From NCBI GenBank assembly GCA_963662945.1, contig OY759974.1, positions 1 through 64,000 of the forward strand: a stretch of DNA of 64,000 bases, read 5' to 3'. This document shows, piece by piece, positions 42,921-52,810 of the stretch. The notes under the pieces were generated by a model. It made no database searches, had not been told where the DNA came from, and was given only the letters and a program-made list of their open reading frames with translations. The position numbers were made by a program, and so were the translations under genes. Source of the stretch: Arcobacteraceae bacterium (GTDB lineage Bacteria; Campylobacterota; Campylobacteria; Campylobacterales; Arcobacteraceae). Positions within the stretch are counted from its first letter, which is position 1. Each line of letters opens with the position of its first letter.

Positions 42921-44726
42921 TTGAACAGATATGGTATAGATATATGGGGTGATGATAACTTCATAATAGATAAAAATGTAGTAAGATTAAACTATGAATC
43001 AAAACCTGCTTTGATTGAAATAGTAAAATCTATAAGAGATGAAGGTAATACTGGACCACTTATATTAAGATTTCCACATATTACAAAAAAACAAATTGAA
43101 AAATTATATAAAATCTTTAACGATACAATAGCTGAGAATCAATATGATTCAAAATTTTTTGCTGTATTTCCATTGAAAGTAAATCAATTACCTAATTATA
43201 TATTACCAATGTTAGAAAATAGTGCACATTTAAACTATGGACTAGAAGCTGGTAGTAAAGCAGAGTTAATTCTTGCAATGGCTTATAATAATAAAAATGC
43301 CCCAATTACTGTAAATGGTTTCAAAGATAAAGAGATGATAACTTTGGGATTTATTGCTAAAAATCAAGGGCATAATATCACTATTACTATTGAAGGTTTA
43401 AATGAATTAGAAACCATCATAGAAGTTCATCAAGAGTTGCAACTTCCTTGTCCAAATGTAGGGCTTAGAGTAAGACTACATAGTTCAGGAAGTGGTACAT
43501 GGGCAAAAAGTGGTGGAATTGATGCAAAATTTGGATTGAGTTCAACAGAGATACTTGAAGCTTTTGATATGCTGTCAAAACATAATCTTGTAGATAAACT
43601 TCGAATGATACATTTTCATATTGGTTCTGCTATGAGTGCTATTGCACCATTAAAAAAAGCTTTAAAAGAATCAGGTCATATCTATGCTGAACTTATCAAA
43701 ATGGGTGCTACTTCACTTGATGCAATTAATATTGGTGGTGGATTATCTATTGAGTATTCGGCTTATGAAAGAGTTACACAATATAGTTTAAAAGAGTTTG
43801 CAAGTGATGTACTATTTACTTTAAATGAAATTTCTTCAAAAAATGGGGTAAAAGTTCCAAATATTTTTACAGAATCAGGAAGATTTATCTCTGCACCTAG
43901 CTCTGTATTGATTGCTCCAACTCTTGAACTTTTTACAAGTGAATATACAGAAAAAAACTTACGATTAAAAGCTAAAAATCCTCCAATCATTGAGGAATTA
44001 AATTTACTTTTTAGAGATATAAACAAAGAAAATTCAAAAGAATATATGCACGATAGTTTAGAACACCTTGAGTCTATTTTGACACTATTTGATTTAGGAT
44101 ATGTTGATCTTAATGATAGAAGCAATGCAGAAGTTTTAACACATCTTATTATTAAAAAAGCAATTAGTTTGCAAGATAATCTACACGATAGAGAGCTGAA
44201 AAATCTTGATGATAAAATACAAGAAAAGTATCTTTTAAATTTCTCTATATTCCAATCTTTACCTGACTTTTGGGGTATTGGTCAAGAGTTTCCTATGATG
44301 CCAATTTCACATTTGAACAAAAAAGGAACAAGAAGTGCAAATATATGGGATATAACTTGTGATAGTGATGGGGAGATTCCATTTAAGTCAAGTAAACCAT
44401 TTTATTTACATGATGTAGATTTAACGAAAGAGGATTATTTTATAGCATTCTTTTTAGTTGGAGCATACCAAGATATATTAGGAATGAAACATAACTTATT
44501 TAGTTCTCCATCTGAAGTAAATATTATCTTTGAAGATGGTGTTATGAAACAAGATAAATTTCTAAAATCTCAAAGTATTATAGAAATATTTGATGATTTA
44601 GATTACAATTCACAAGATATTTTGGATAGATTATTATCTACAACAAAAAATGAGCAACTTAAAGATATTCTTATGGAATATATAAATGATAACAGCTATT
44701 TAAAAACAATAGCATCGAAAGGATAA
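42921..44726 (+). CDS. speA: Biosynthetic arginine decarboxylase
   Basis: FPLKVNQ, GLEAGSKAEL, HFHIGS, ESGR, DITCDSDG, GAYQ. Confidence 0.94.
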   Translation: MNRYGIDIWGDDNFIIDKNVVRLNYESKPALIEIVKSIRDEGNTGPLILRFPHITKKQIEKLYKIFNDTIAENQYDSKFFAVFPLKVNQLPNYILPMLENSAHLNYGLEAGSKAELILAMAYNNKNAPITVNGFKDKEMITLGFIAKNQGHNITITIEGLNELETIIEVHQELQLPCPNVGLRVRLHSSGSGTWAKSGGIDAKFGLSSTEILEAFDMLSKHNLVDKLRMIHFHIGSAMSAIAPLKKALKESGHIYAELIKMGATSLDAINIGGGLSIEYSAYERVTQYSLKEFASDVLFTLNEISSKNGVKVPNIFTESGRFISAPSSVLIAPTLELFTSEYTEKNLRLKAKNPPIIEELNLLFRDINKENSKEYMHDSLEHLESILTLFDLGYVDLNDRSNAEVLTHLIIKKAISLQDNLHDRELKNLDDKIQEKYLLNFSIFQSLPDFWGIGQEFPMMPISHLNKKGTRSANIWDITCDSDGEIPFKSSKPFYLHDVDLTKEDYFIAFFLVGAYQDILGMKHNLFSSPSEVNIIFEDGVMKQDKFLKSQSIIEIFDDLDYNSQDILDRLLSTTKNEQLKDILMEYINDNSYLKTIASKG

Positions 44727-44732
44727 TACTAA

Positions 44733-45455
44733 ATGAGTTTATGGAGTTTAATAAAAGAGGATTTTTCAGTTCCTAGAAAAAATGACCCTGCATTACACTC
44801 CAAAGTTGAACTTATTTTTAACTATCCTGGTATTTGGGCAATAGTTAACTACAGGATTGCAAATCGACTTTATATGAAAGGTTTTAAAAGAACTGCTAGA
44901 ATTCTAAGTGGAATTTCCCAACTTTTTACAAATGTTGATATACATCCAGCAGCTAAAATAGGTCGAAGAGTATTTATAGATCATGGTTTTGGTGTAGTTA
45001 TTGGACAAACTACAATTATAGAAGACGATGTTCTAATCTATCAAGGTGTAACTTTAGGAGGGGTGAGTTTAAGTCATGGGAAACGACATCCAACTATCGG
45101 TAAAAATAGCGTCATAGGAAGTGGTGCCAAGGTTTTAGGAAATATTTCAGTTGGAGAAAACTGTAAAATAGGGGCTAACTCTGTTGTAGTTAAAGATGTT
45201 CCTTGTAGTTCAACTGCTGTTGGAGTTCCCGCTAGAATTGTAAGACGAAAAGACGATGATTGCACTGAAAAATCACAACTTGACCACAATGATTTACCTG
45301 ACGTTTCAAAAGAGATGTTCTCATATTTACTTAAAAGGGTTGCTGTACTTGAACATGCAGTAAAAGAGCATGATGGTATTGACGTATCACGAGAAGATAA
45401 AGAGTTGGAAGATATTTACGAAAACTTTATTACAGCTATGAAAAAAGAAGAATAG
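44733..45455 (+). CDS. cysE: Serine O-acetyltransferase
   Basis: DIHPAAKIG, FIDHG, KRHPT hexapeptide repeats. Confidence 0.95.
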   Translation: MSLWSLIKEDFSVPRKNDPALHSKVELIFNYPGIWAIVNYRIANRLYMKGFKRTARILSGISQLFTNVDIHPAAKIGRRVFIDHGFGVVIGQTTIIEDDVLIYQGVTLGGVSLSHGKRHPTIGKNSVIGSGAKVLGNISVGENCKIGANSVVVKDVPCSSTAVGVPARIVRRKDDDCTEKSQLDHNDLPDVSKEMFSYLLKRVAVLEHAVKEHDGIDVSREDKELEDIYENFITAMKKEE

Positions 45456-45464
45456 TACTTTTTT

Positions 45465-46190
45465 ATGACACTTATACTACTTGGAATCCTTACAGGACTT
45501 ATGTCAGGTTTTTTTGGTGTAGGTGGAGGAACAGTTCTGGTCCCATTGTTATTACTATATGGCTTTGAGATGAAAAGTGCAGTTGCCATCTCTATTATGC
45601 AGATGATTTTTAGCTCTATCTATGGAAGTTTTTTAAATAGTAGACAAAATAAAGATATCTTAAAAGACGGTATCACTATAGGTATCGGTGGTTTTTTAGG
45701 TGGAAGTTTAAGTGGAGTTATTGTTCCAAACGTACCTGGAATATATTTAAAATATATTTTCATAGCTGTTATTCTTTTTTCCATCTATAGAGTTGCTGCC
45801 ACATCATTAGAAAATCCAAAAGGTACTGCTTCAAGAAATAAATTTGTTTTAATTTTTATAGGTTTTATCATCGGTATGATTGCTATGAGTATCGGTATTG
45901 GTGGTTCTGTTATACTTGCTCCAATACTTGTAGGCTATATGCTTTATAATCTTAAAGATGCAGCATCTTTGGGGCTATTTTTTGTTATATTTAGTTCTAT
46001 TGCAGGTTTTATTAGTTTAAGTCTTAGTGGACATATGCACTATAGTGAAGGTGCTATTGTAGGAGTTGCTTCATTGATAGGTGTATATTTTGGAATTAAA
46101 TTAAAAAATAGTATCAATATAAAATATTATAAACAATTAACATTATTTATGTATAGTATGATATTAATATCAGTGATTTACAAACTCTAA
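45465..46190 (+). CDS. TauE/SafE (TSUP) family permease
   Basis: Duplicated GFFGVGGG / GIGG motifs, multiple TMs. Confidence 0.9.
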   Translation: MTLILLGILTGLMSGFFGVGGGTVLVPLLLLYGFEMKSAVAISIMQMIFSSIYGSFLNSRQNKDILKDGITIGIGGFLGGSLSGVIVPNVPGIYLKYIFIAVILFSIYRVAATSLENPKGTASRNKFVLIFIGFIIGMIAMSIGIGGSVILAPILVGYMLYNLKDAASLGLFFVIFSSIAGFISLSLSGHMHYSEGAIVGVASLIGVYFGIKLKNSINIKYYKQLTLFMYSMILISVIYKL

Positions 46191-46200
46191 AGGATACAAA

Positions 46201-46476
46201 ATGAAACAAACATTCGTAGTACAAAATGTAAAATGTGGTGGTTGTGCAAACACTTTAAAAAAAGCGCTAAAAGATGATTTTGGTGATATTGAAGTAAATT
46301 TGGAAAAAGAACCACGAGAGATAACTCTTGATATAGAAGATGATAAAAAAGAGCATTTGAAACTCAAACTTAGAAGTTTAGGGTATCCTTTATCTACAGA
46401 TGAACTCTCAACGCTTCAAAGTGTTGGTGCAAAAGCAAAAAGTTTTGTATCTTGTGCTATAGGAAAAATAGACTAA
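46201..46476 (+). CDS. Heavy-metal-associated (HMA) domain protein
   Basis: NVKCGGC, LGY, C-terminal SFVSCAIG. Confidence 0.88.
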   Translation: MKQTFVVQNVKCGGCANTLKKALKDDFGDIEVNLEKEPREITLDIEDDKKEHLKLKLRSLGYPLSTDELSTLQSVGAKAKSFVSCAIGKID

Positions 46477-47335
46477 AACTTACTAAAAAAAGTAAACTAA
46501 TAACAAAGGTATCTAATCTTTTTTGAAATGAGAGAGCTTTTCTTATGTCACTTGTTTCAATTGTTGTTTTACCATCTCCAAAGTGAGGTTTATGTTTTAT
46601 TACACCAAAATAAGAAGTATCTCCTCCAAGTTTAACATCTAAACTTAATGCCATAGCAGAGATAGGATATCCAGCATTTGGACTTTCGTGAAGTTTTCCA
46701 TATTTTGCAAAGTTTTTTAATGCTTTAGAACTAGTAAATAGTAGTGCAATTAAAACGGCTGTAATTCTCGATGGAATATAGTTTACTATATCATCAAGTT
46801 TTGCTGCTACTTTGCCAAAGTTTTCATATCTAGTGTTTCTATAACCAACCATAGAATCAAGAGTATTAATAGCTTTATAGATAAATAATCCAACAATACC
46901 AAACAATAAAAGATAAAATAGTGGTGCAATAACACCATCACTTAAATTTTCACTATAGGTTTCTATAGCAGCTTTATTTATCTCGCTTGATGAGAGGTTT
47001 TGCGTATCTCTACTTACAAGATATTGTATATTTTGTGGATTGGTAATCACATCTTTGACACTATCATATAACATTTTAGATGCTATACCAAACGAGGCGA
47101 AAAAGGCTAAAATAAAAATATTATCAACAAAATACTCAAGTGTAAAAGTGATACAAAATACGATAAATAATAGTGAAATAGTCAGTAATCCACCTCTTAT
47201 AATACTATCTTTATAAAAGTATTTCTCAAATAAAGAGATAAAATCTCCCATGAAAACGATAGGATGTCTTAAAAATTTAAACTCCCCAAAGATTCTATCT
47301 ATTATATATGCTATTAGGGTTATTTCAATAAACAA
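46457..47335 (-). CDS. cbiB: Adenosylcobinamide-phosphate synthase
   Basis: HPIV, LVSRDT, ENLSDGVIAP, YKAINTLDSMVGY, SPNAG. Confidence 0.95.
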   Translation of the reverse strand: MFIEITLIAYIIDRIFGEFKFLRHPIVFMGDFISLFEKYFYKDSIIRGGLLTISLLFIVFCITFTLEYFVDNIFILAFFASFGIASKMLYDSVKDVITNPQNIQYLVSRDTQNLSSSEINKAAIETYSENLSDGVIAPLFYLLLFGIVGLFIYKAINTLDSMVGYRNTRYENFGKVAAKLDDIVNYIPSRITAVLIALLFTSSKALKNFAKYGKLHESPNAGYPISAMALSLDVKLGGDTSYFGVIKHKPHFGDGKTTIETSDIRKALSFQKRLDTFVISLLFLVSFSLFFL

Positions 47336-48336
47336 TTTTTTAAACCTATGGCTAGAATATCTAAGTCTTTTTTACTTTTCACTGCAATTCGTACAAAACT
47401 ACTATCCAAAAAGTCAAAATTAGAACAATCTCGTATCATAATTTTATAAGGTTTTAAAAGTTCTTGAAAAGTAGTTGCATCTATCTCTTTTAGCTGAACT
47501 AAAATAAAATTTGCACAAGAATCAATAATATGATGTGTATATTGAAAATCTTTCATAATATGAACTAAATATTCTTTGTTAGTGATGTTTACAGCTTTTG
47601 ATATTTTAGAAAAGTTTTCATCCTTTAAAGCTTGTTGTATATAGTGGCTGTCAAATTGTGATATTTTCCAAAGTGGCTCACAATTTTTAAGACTTTGAAT
47701 ATTAGAACTATTTGAAACTATAAGTCCAAGACGAATACCAGCACTACTATAAAATTTTGTCATGGATTTAAGAATATAAAGCTTATCATATTTTTCTAAA
47801 TACTCTATACAAGATTTATGAGTTGTAAAATCTAAAAATGATTCATCAATGAGTATAGTACAGTTTTTTTGTATCCAAGAGTCCATAAGCTTCTCTATAT
47901 CATAAAAACTCCCCTCCGGAGTACTTGGATTCACAAAGACAACTATCGAGCCCTCTTGAACCTCTTTATGTAGTTCTGTAAAACGATTGATTAATTCAAT
48001 ATGATATCCTTGCATAGAAGCCGTTTTTTTATATTCTAAATAGGCTGGACTGTAAATAGTAATAGTTGTTGCATCAAAAAAACGAAATAAACTCACAATA
48101 GCACTACTACCGCCATTAAACAATTCTATTTGTGAACTATATATATTATAAAGCTTTGCAAGGGCAGAGTACAACGTATCATAGTTTGGATAAGAAGAGA
48201 TATCTAAGTTATTAAAATCAAACTCAAGCTCAGGTTTTAAAAAGTTAATATTGGAAGAAAGATCAATAATCTCTTTAACATCGCAACCAATTTGTGATGC
48301 AAATGCTGTTATATCTCCACCATGTTTAAAGTTCAT
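47320..48336 (-). CDS. cobD: Threonine-phosphate decarboxylase (CobD-type PLP enzyme)
   Basis: HGG, DLSSNIN, VNPSTP, IDESF, SMTKFY..AGIRLG, IRDC; adjacent to cbiB. Confidence 0.85.
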   Translation of the reverse strand: MNFKHGGDITAFASQIGCDVKEIIDLSSNINFLKPELEFDFNNLDISSYPNYDTLYSALAKLYNIYSSQIELFNGGSSAIVSLFRFFDATTITIYSPAYLEYKKTASMQGYHIELINRFTELHKEVQEGSIVVFVNPSTPEGSFYDIEKLMDSWIQKNCTILIDESFLDFTTHKSCIEYLEKYDKLYILKSMTKFYSSAGIRLGLIVSNSSNIQSLKNCEPLWKISQFDSHYIQQALKDENFSKISKAVNITNKEYLVHIMKDFQYTHHIIDSCANFILVQLKEIDATTFQELLKPYKIMIRDCSNFDFLDSSFVRIAVKSKKDLDILAIGLKNCLLK

Positions 48337-49112
48337 ATATTTTCCAATCTATTTATTAACTCTTGATAATTTCTATTATTTATATATCTTGTAGTAGCAT
48401 AATATACCAAAGCATATTTTATATACTCTTTAAATTTATCTAAAGAGATTACTAATCCATAAGAAGAGAGTAGGGCTTCTATCTTCTCATAGTTTGGCAT
48501 ATCATCATCAAAACACCAAGAAAAGGCAACAACAGCTAAATCAAAAACAAAGTCTCCATTACAAGCTTCACTAAAATCATACACTCCACTTAACTGATCA
48601 TCTTTCCATTTCACATTATCTGGAAAAATATCTCCATGTATTATTCCATCATTTTTTAACTCTATATTTATAGTTTCAAGATGATTTTGTAATATACTTA
48701 TACCCCTTTTATTGATTATATCTTTTAATCTATTTTTATTAAATAATTGAGTGTTATTTGATCTTAAATTGGTTGTTTTAGTATGAAATTGCTTAAGAAG
48801 TAGGGCAAGTTGATTTATGTGTTTTATCTCAGGTTTGTATATACTATGACCTATAATTTGTATATAAAATACACATAAGTAGCCTTTGATATAAATATGT
48901 TCTACATATTGTATAACACTTAATTCTCTAATAGTATTTAACAGACTTATTTCATCTTCAATATTATAGTTAGGTTCATCATAAATCTTTAGTGTATACT
49001 TATCCCCCAATAAGTATACACTACTTTGAACACCATCGATAGTTTCTTTTAGTAGAAATTTTTGATACTTTTTGGGTAAATCTTTTTGAGTTATTTTTAT
49101 CTTTACACCCAA
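48333..49112 (-). CDS. APH-fold phosphotransferase (type II homoserine-kinase-like)
   Basis: LKIY, IIHGDIFPDNV, YDF, DLA motifs. Confidence 0.85.
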   Translation of the reverse strand: MGVKIKITQKDLPKKYQKFLLKETIDGVQSSVYLLGDKYTLKIYDEPNYNIEDEISLLNTIRELSVIQYVEHIYIKGYLCVFYIQIIGHSIYKPEIKHINQLALLLKQFHTKTTNLRSNNTQLFNKNRLKDIINKRGISILQNHLETINIELKNDGIIHGDIFPDNVKWKDDQLSGVYDFSEACNGDFVFDLAVVAFSWCFDDDMPNYEKIEALLSSYGLVISLDKFKEYIKYALVYYATTRYINNRNYQELINRLENI

Positions 49113-49726
49113 ATTACAACCTCTTCAAACTCTTTTTTCTTTTCCCATTGTAAGGTTTCTAACTCCGGTGTATCTAAAAATTGTTTAGTATATCCAACAC
49201 AAAGATAGCCTATAAGTTTGTATTCATCATTTATATCAAGTATTTGCTGTACTTTTTTATGATTGATGATACTTACCCAACCTATCCCTATATTTAGACT
49301 TCTAGCGTATAACCACATATTTTGGATAGCACACACAACACTGTATTCACCCATTTTTTTAGAACTCGTTTGCCCTAAGACTTTTTTGGTAGGCTTTTTA
49401 TAGAATACTGCAATGTTTAGAGGGGTTTCTTTGATACCTTCAAGTTTTAAAGAGTTATAAAGTTCTCTTTCTTTGAAGTGTTTTTTACTTTTCTCATAGG
49501 ATTTTTTGAAGTTATTATAGATTCTGTTTTTAATCTTTTTATCTTCTATAACTACAAACTTCCAAGGCTGAGAAAAGCCTACAGAGGGTGCATGGATACC
49601 AGCGTTGAGTATCTCTTTGAGGATACTCTTTTTTAGCTTTTTCTTTAAAAAGTTATTACCGCGTACATCTCTTCTATAAAGAATTATATCACTTAGTATT
49701 TTTGATTGTTGTTTTGTAAATATCAT
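49103..49726 (-). CDS. bluB: 5,6-dimethylbenzimidazole synthase
   Basis: RRDVR, APSVGFSQPW, KLEGI, CAIQNMWL, GWVSI. Confidence 0.95.
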   Translation of the reverse strand: MIFTKQQSKILSDIILYRRDVRGNNFLKKKLKKSILKEILNAGIHAPSVGFSQPWKFVVIEDKKIKNRIYNNFKKSYEKSKKHFKERELYNSLKLEGIKETPLNIAVFYKKPTKKVLGQTSSKKMGEYSVVCAIQNMWLYARSLNIGIGWVSIINHKKVQQILDINDEYKLIGYLCVGYTKQFLDTPELETLQWEKKKEFEEVVIWV

Positions 49727-49872
49727 TATTTTTTGATTGTTGTATTACTATCTTGAGAAAAAACTTGGTTTATCTTCTTCCATTTTTCTGTGTGCATATC
49801 ATTCCCTTTATAGAGATAAAAGAGTGCAACGCCTATTAAAAATATCCAAAATAATATATCTGTTAGTTTCAT
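49726..49872 (-). CDS. 48-aa single-TM small protein
   Basis: Manual translation: MKLTDILFWIFLIGVALFYLYKGNDMHTEKWKKINQVFSQDSNTTIKK; RBS AGGA; stop overlaps the bluB ATG (TAATG). Confidence 0.65.
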   Translation of the reverse strand: MKLTDILFWIFLIGVALFYLYKGNDMHTEKWKKINQVFSQDSNTTIKK

Positions 49873-49917
49873 TTTAATTCCTATTGTTTTTTATAGCTGA
49901 TTGTTGTTTTATAAACT

Positions 49918-51180
49918 TCATAGAAATTTATCTTTTAAAAGTGCTATATTACCTCTAAACATCGTATGAAGATAAGTACCAAATACATTCTTTTCTTTAT
50001 TTGTCCAACTTCCAACTTTTCCCTCCCCCTTTGGTTGTTTAGATAATATATCAAAGCCTTTACTATCATCAATTGCTTTGGTATAATGAAAGCTGTGCCC
50101 TTTTATTAAAGCTTGATTGTAGTAGTATCCAAGTCTTGTAAATCTTTTTTCTAAAGTAAAATCCACATCTAAAATAGCGCTCATGACTTTTTCATCCACT
50201 TTGTTTCCAAGATACAAAAGCCCTGCACACTCTGCATATATCTTTTTTGTAAGACTATGCTGTATAAGTGAGTTTTTAAACTTAGTGGAGTTTTTTATCT
50301 TTTCATAGGCTTTATCACTCTCTACATAACCACCGCAAATATACACTATATCTGCATCTTTTGGTATCTCTTCATCTCTAACGGCCCTTACGATTGTGAC
50401 TTTTTCAAATACTGTTTTAAAAAACTCTAAATTATCATAGTAAAGAAATGAAAAGTTTTCATCATTGACTATGGCTAGGTGTTTATTTTGTTTTTCTATA
50501 GTTTTAAAAGGGTAAATAGTATTTTTAATTTTTTTTCGTTTTCCTATTTGTTCTAAAGCATTTAAATCTATATGTTCCAAAACCTCTTTACTGATTTGTT
50601 CTATCTTAGATAAATCTTCTAAATCAAGCCCTAAATGAGTATCTTGTAAAGAGACAATACCATTTTGAATCCAGCCAGCAACTACTATATCATCAAAATC
50701 TTTGAGTATTTGTTGTTTAATAAGCTCATAATGCCCCATTGAAGATATTTTATTGAGAACGACAGCTTTTATAGTGTTATCTCTTTTATAGCTTTTAAGC
50801 CCTTTTAAAACAGCACTAACAGTAATATAACTTCCGCTTCCATCTAAAAGTAAAACAGTAGGAATATCTAAAAGTTTTGAAATATCATAGGCACTACTTT
50901 TTTTATCACTACCATCATAAAATCCCATAACACCCTCACAAATAGAGACTTTTTTATCGCTATAGTGGTTAAAAAGCCATTGGATTTGTTTTTTGTTCAT
51001 CATAAATCTATCAAGATTTATACTTGGTGTGCCAGATACTTGTTTGTGAAATTGTGGGTCGATATAATCTGGTCCTATCTTAAAAGGTCGAACAGAATCT
51101 TTATAGTGATAAAGTAGGGCTGTAGTAAGGATTGTTTTGCCTTGATTTGATGCGATTGCACTGATACAAAAAGCTTTCAT
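49918..51180 (-). CDS. cbiA: Cobyrinate a,c-diamide synthase (CobB/CbiA)
   Basis: GKT, FKIGPDYIDP, EGVMGFYDG, YAECAG, FHY, YLH. Confidence 0.9.
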   Translation of the reverse strand: MKAFCISAIASNQGKTILTTALLYHYKDSVRPFKIGPDYIDPQFHKQVSGTPSINLDRFMMNKKQIQWLFNHYSDKKVSICEGVMGFYDGSDKKSSAYDISKLLDIPTVLLLDGSGSYITVSAVLKGLKSYKRDNTIKAVVLNKISSMGHYELIKQQILKDFDDIVVAGWIQNGIVSLQDTHLGLDLEDLSKIEQISKEVLEHIDLNALEQIGKRKKIKNTIYPFKTIEKQNKHLAIVNDENFSFLYYDNLEFFKTVFEKVTIVRAVRDEEIPKDADIVYICGGYVESDKAYEKIKNSTKFKNSLIQHSLTKKIYAECAGLLYLGNKVDEKVMSAILDVDFTLEKRFTRLGYYYNQALIKGHSFHYTKAIDDSKGFDILSKQPKGEGKVGSWTNKEKNVFGTYLHTMFRGNIALLKDKFL

Positions 51181-52124
51181 GAATTTTTCCTTTTAGTTAA
51201 TAGCAGATATATAAAGAAAGGTGCTCCTACAAATGATGTTACCACACCAATTGGTATATCAGAAGTTGCACCTGTATTTCTTGCAATTACATCACATAAA
51301 ACTAAAAATACTCCTCCATAAAAGAAAATAGGTAGTATGAGCTTATCTGCACTTGTTTTAGCGATAATTTTAATGATATGTGGAATAATAAGTCCAACAA
51401 AACCTATGGGTCCAGTTATACTTACACAAATACCAACAACAATAGAAACACTCAATAACAATATATAGTTTGTTTTTTTAACATTAATCCCTTTTAATGT
51501 GGCAAAATCATAAGAGGTTAAAAGAAGTTTTATATGATATTGGTATCTTTTGACAATACTCAAGATAAAAAGAGCAGCAAGTATAACTAGATATATAGAG
51601 TTAAAACCAACAATATCCAAACTTCCCATAGTAAAACGTACTATCTCATAACTCTCTTGTAAATCACTAATAAAAAACAATACCATTAAACTAGCACTAT
51701 AAAAAAATGACAATGCAATACCAACTAAAAGAAGTGATGATGTTTGTGCCCCATGAAATCTAGCTGCAATTAAAAAAAGCAAGATGATAGTTAAAACAGC
51801 TCCCATAAATGCAAATAAAGAGATAAAAGCTACAAAACCAAATACTATTCCTATAGCTGTAAAAAGTGTTGCTCCACTTGCAACTCCCAATGTAAATGGT
51901 GTACTCATAGGATTTCTAAAGATTGTTTGAAAAACCAAACCACTTAAAGCAAGTATTGCACCAACACAAAAAGCTAAAACAACTCTTGGAAGTCGAATAT
52001 CCCAAAAAATTTGATAATCCATTTTAGAGGGTTCAAAAATATTTGTTAATGTAAGATCAATTTGACCATTAAAAGGTGCTATGGCTATGATAATAAGAGA
52101 GAGTAATATAAATAAAAACTTCAT
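51177..52124 (-). CDS. FecCD/BtuC-family ABC permease (corrinoid uptake by context)
   Basis: IRLPR, FRNP..P.TLG, GPIGFVGL, PIG..GAPFF. Confidence 0.92.
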   Translation of the reverse strand: MKFLFILLSLIIIAIAPFNGQIDLTLTNIFEPSKMDYQIFWDIRLPRVVLAFCVGAILALSGLVFQTIFRNPMSTPFTLGVASGATLFTAIGIVFGFVAFISLFAFMGAVLTIILLFLIAARFHGAQTSSLLLVGIALSFFYSASLMVLFFISDLQESYEIVRFTMGSLDIVGFNSIYLVILAALFILSIVKRYQYHIKLLLTSYDFATLKGINVKKTNYILLLSVSIVVGICVSITGPIGFVGLIIPHIIKIIAKTSADKLILPIFFYGGVFLVLCDVIARNTGATSDIPIGVVTSFVGAPFFIYLLLTKRKNS

Positions 52125-52810
52125 AGATTTACCAATATATTGTTATCAACTTTTTTGACACTCTCATCAAAAAAGTTTTGTAAATTAGAGTCAGAAAAAA
52201 ACTCTTCATTTGAACCATAATATTTTATCTGACCATTTTCAATAAAAAGTATCTCAAATCCAAGTTGAAATGCTAAATTTAAATTATGAGTGATGATAAT
52301 TTTATTTTGAAGATAATCCTCATTTTGAAGAAGATTAAATATAGTTTTTACCCTTTTAGGATCAAGATTTGAAGTTGGTTCATCCAAAATAGTATATTTT
52401 GCATTGTGTAAAATTGCACTTGCCATTGAAACAAGTTGGGACTCCCCACTACTTAAATATTTACAAGGTTTTTCTTTCAAATACGCGATATTAAGATTTT
52501 CCAAAATAGAATCAATGGTAAAACTTGTATGAAATAGACTTAATTGGAGAAACTCCGCAACTGTTAAATACTCATCAAAAATCTCTAAGTGTGATGGAAT
52601 ATAGTTGATAAGTTTAACTTTTTCTTCACCATAGGTTTTAGAAGGTTCTAAATTATTGATTTGAACACAATTACTTGGAATAATACCTGATAATACTTTT
52701 GCAATGGTTGTTTTACCAGCACCATTATTTCCAAGTATTATGAGATTACTTTTAAGTGAAAATGAAATATCTTGTAATATAAAATTACTGTAGTTTTTTA
52801 TCTCTAGCAT
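52121..52810 (-). CDS. ABC transporter ATP-binding protein (BtuD-like)
   Basis: GNNGAGKT, LSSGE, LDEPT. Confidence 0.92.
   Translation of the reverse strand: MLEIKNYSNFILQDISFSLKSNLIILGNNGAGKTTIAKVLSGIIPSNCVQINNLEPSKTYGEEKVKLINYIPSHLEIFDEYLTVAEFLQLSLFHTSFTIDSILENLNIAYLKEKPCKYLSSGESQLVSMASAILHNAKYTILDEPTSNLDPKRVKTIFNLLQNEDYLQNKIIITHNLNLAFQLGFEILFIENGQIKYYGSNEEFFSDSNLQNFFDESVKKVDNNILVNL

Noticed and set aside
46457-46476. Convergent 3' overlaps (also 26766-26769 and 28385-28388)
   Set aside because: Ordinary for compact AT-rich genomes.
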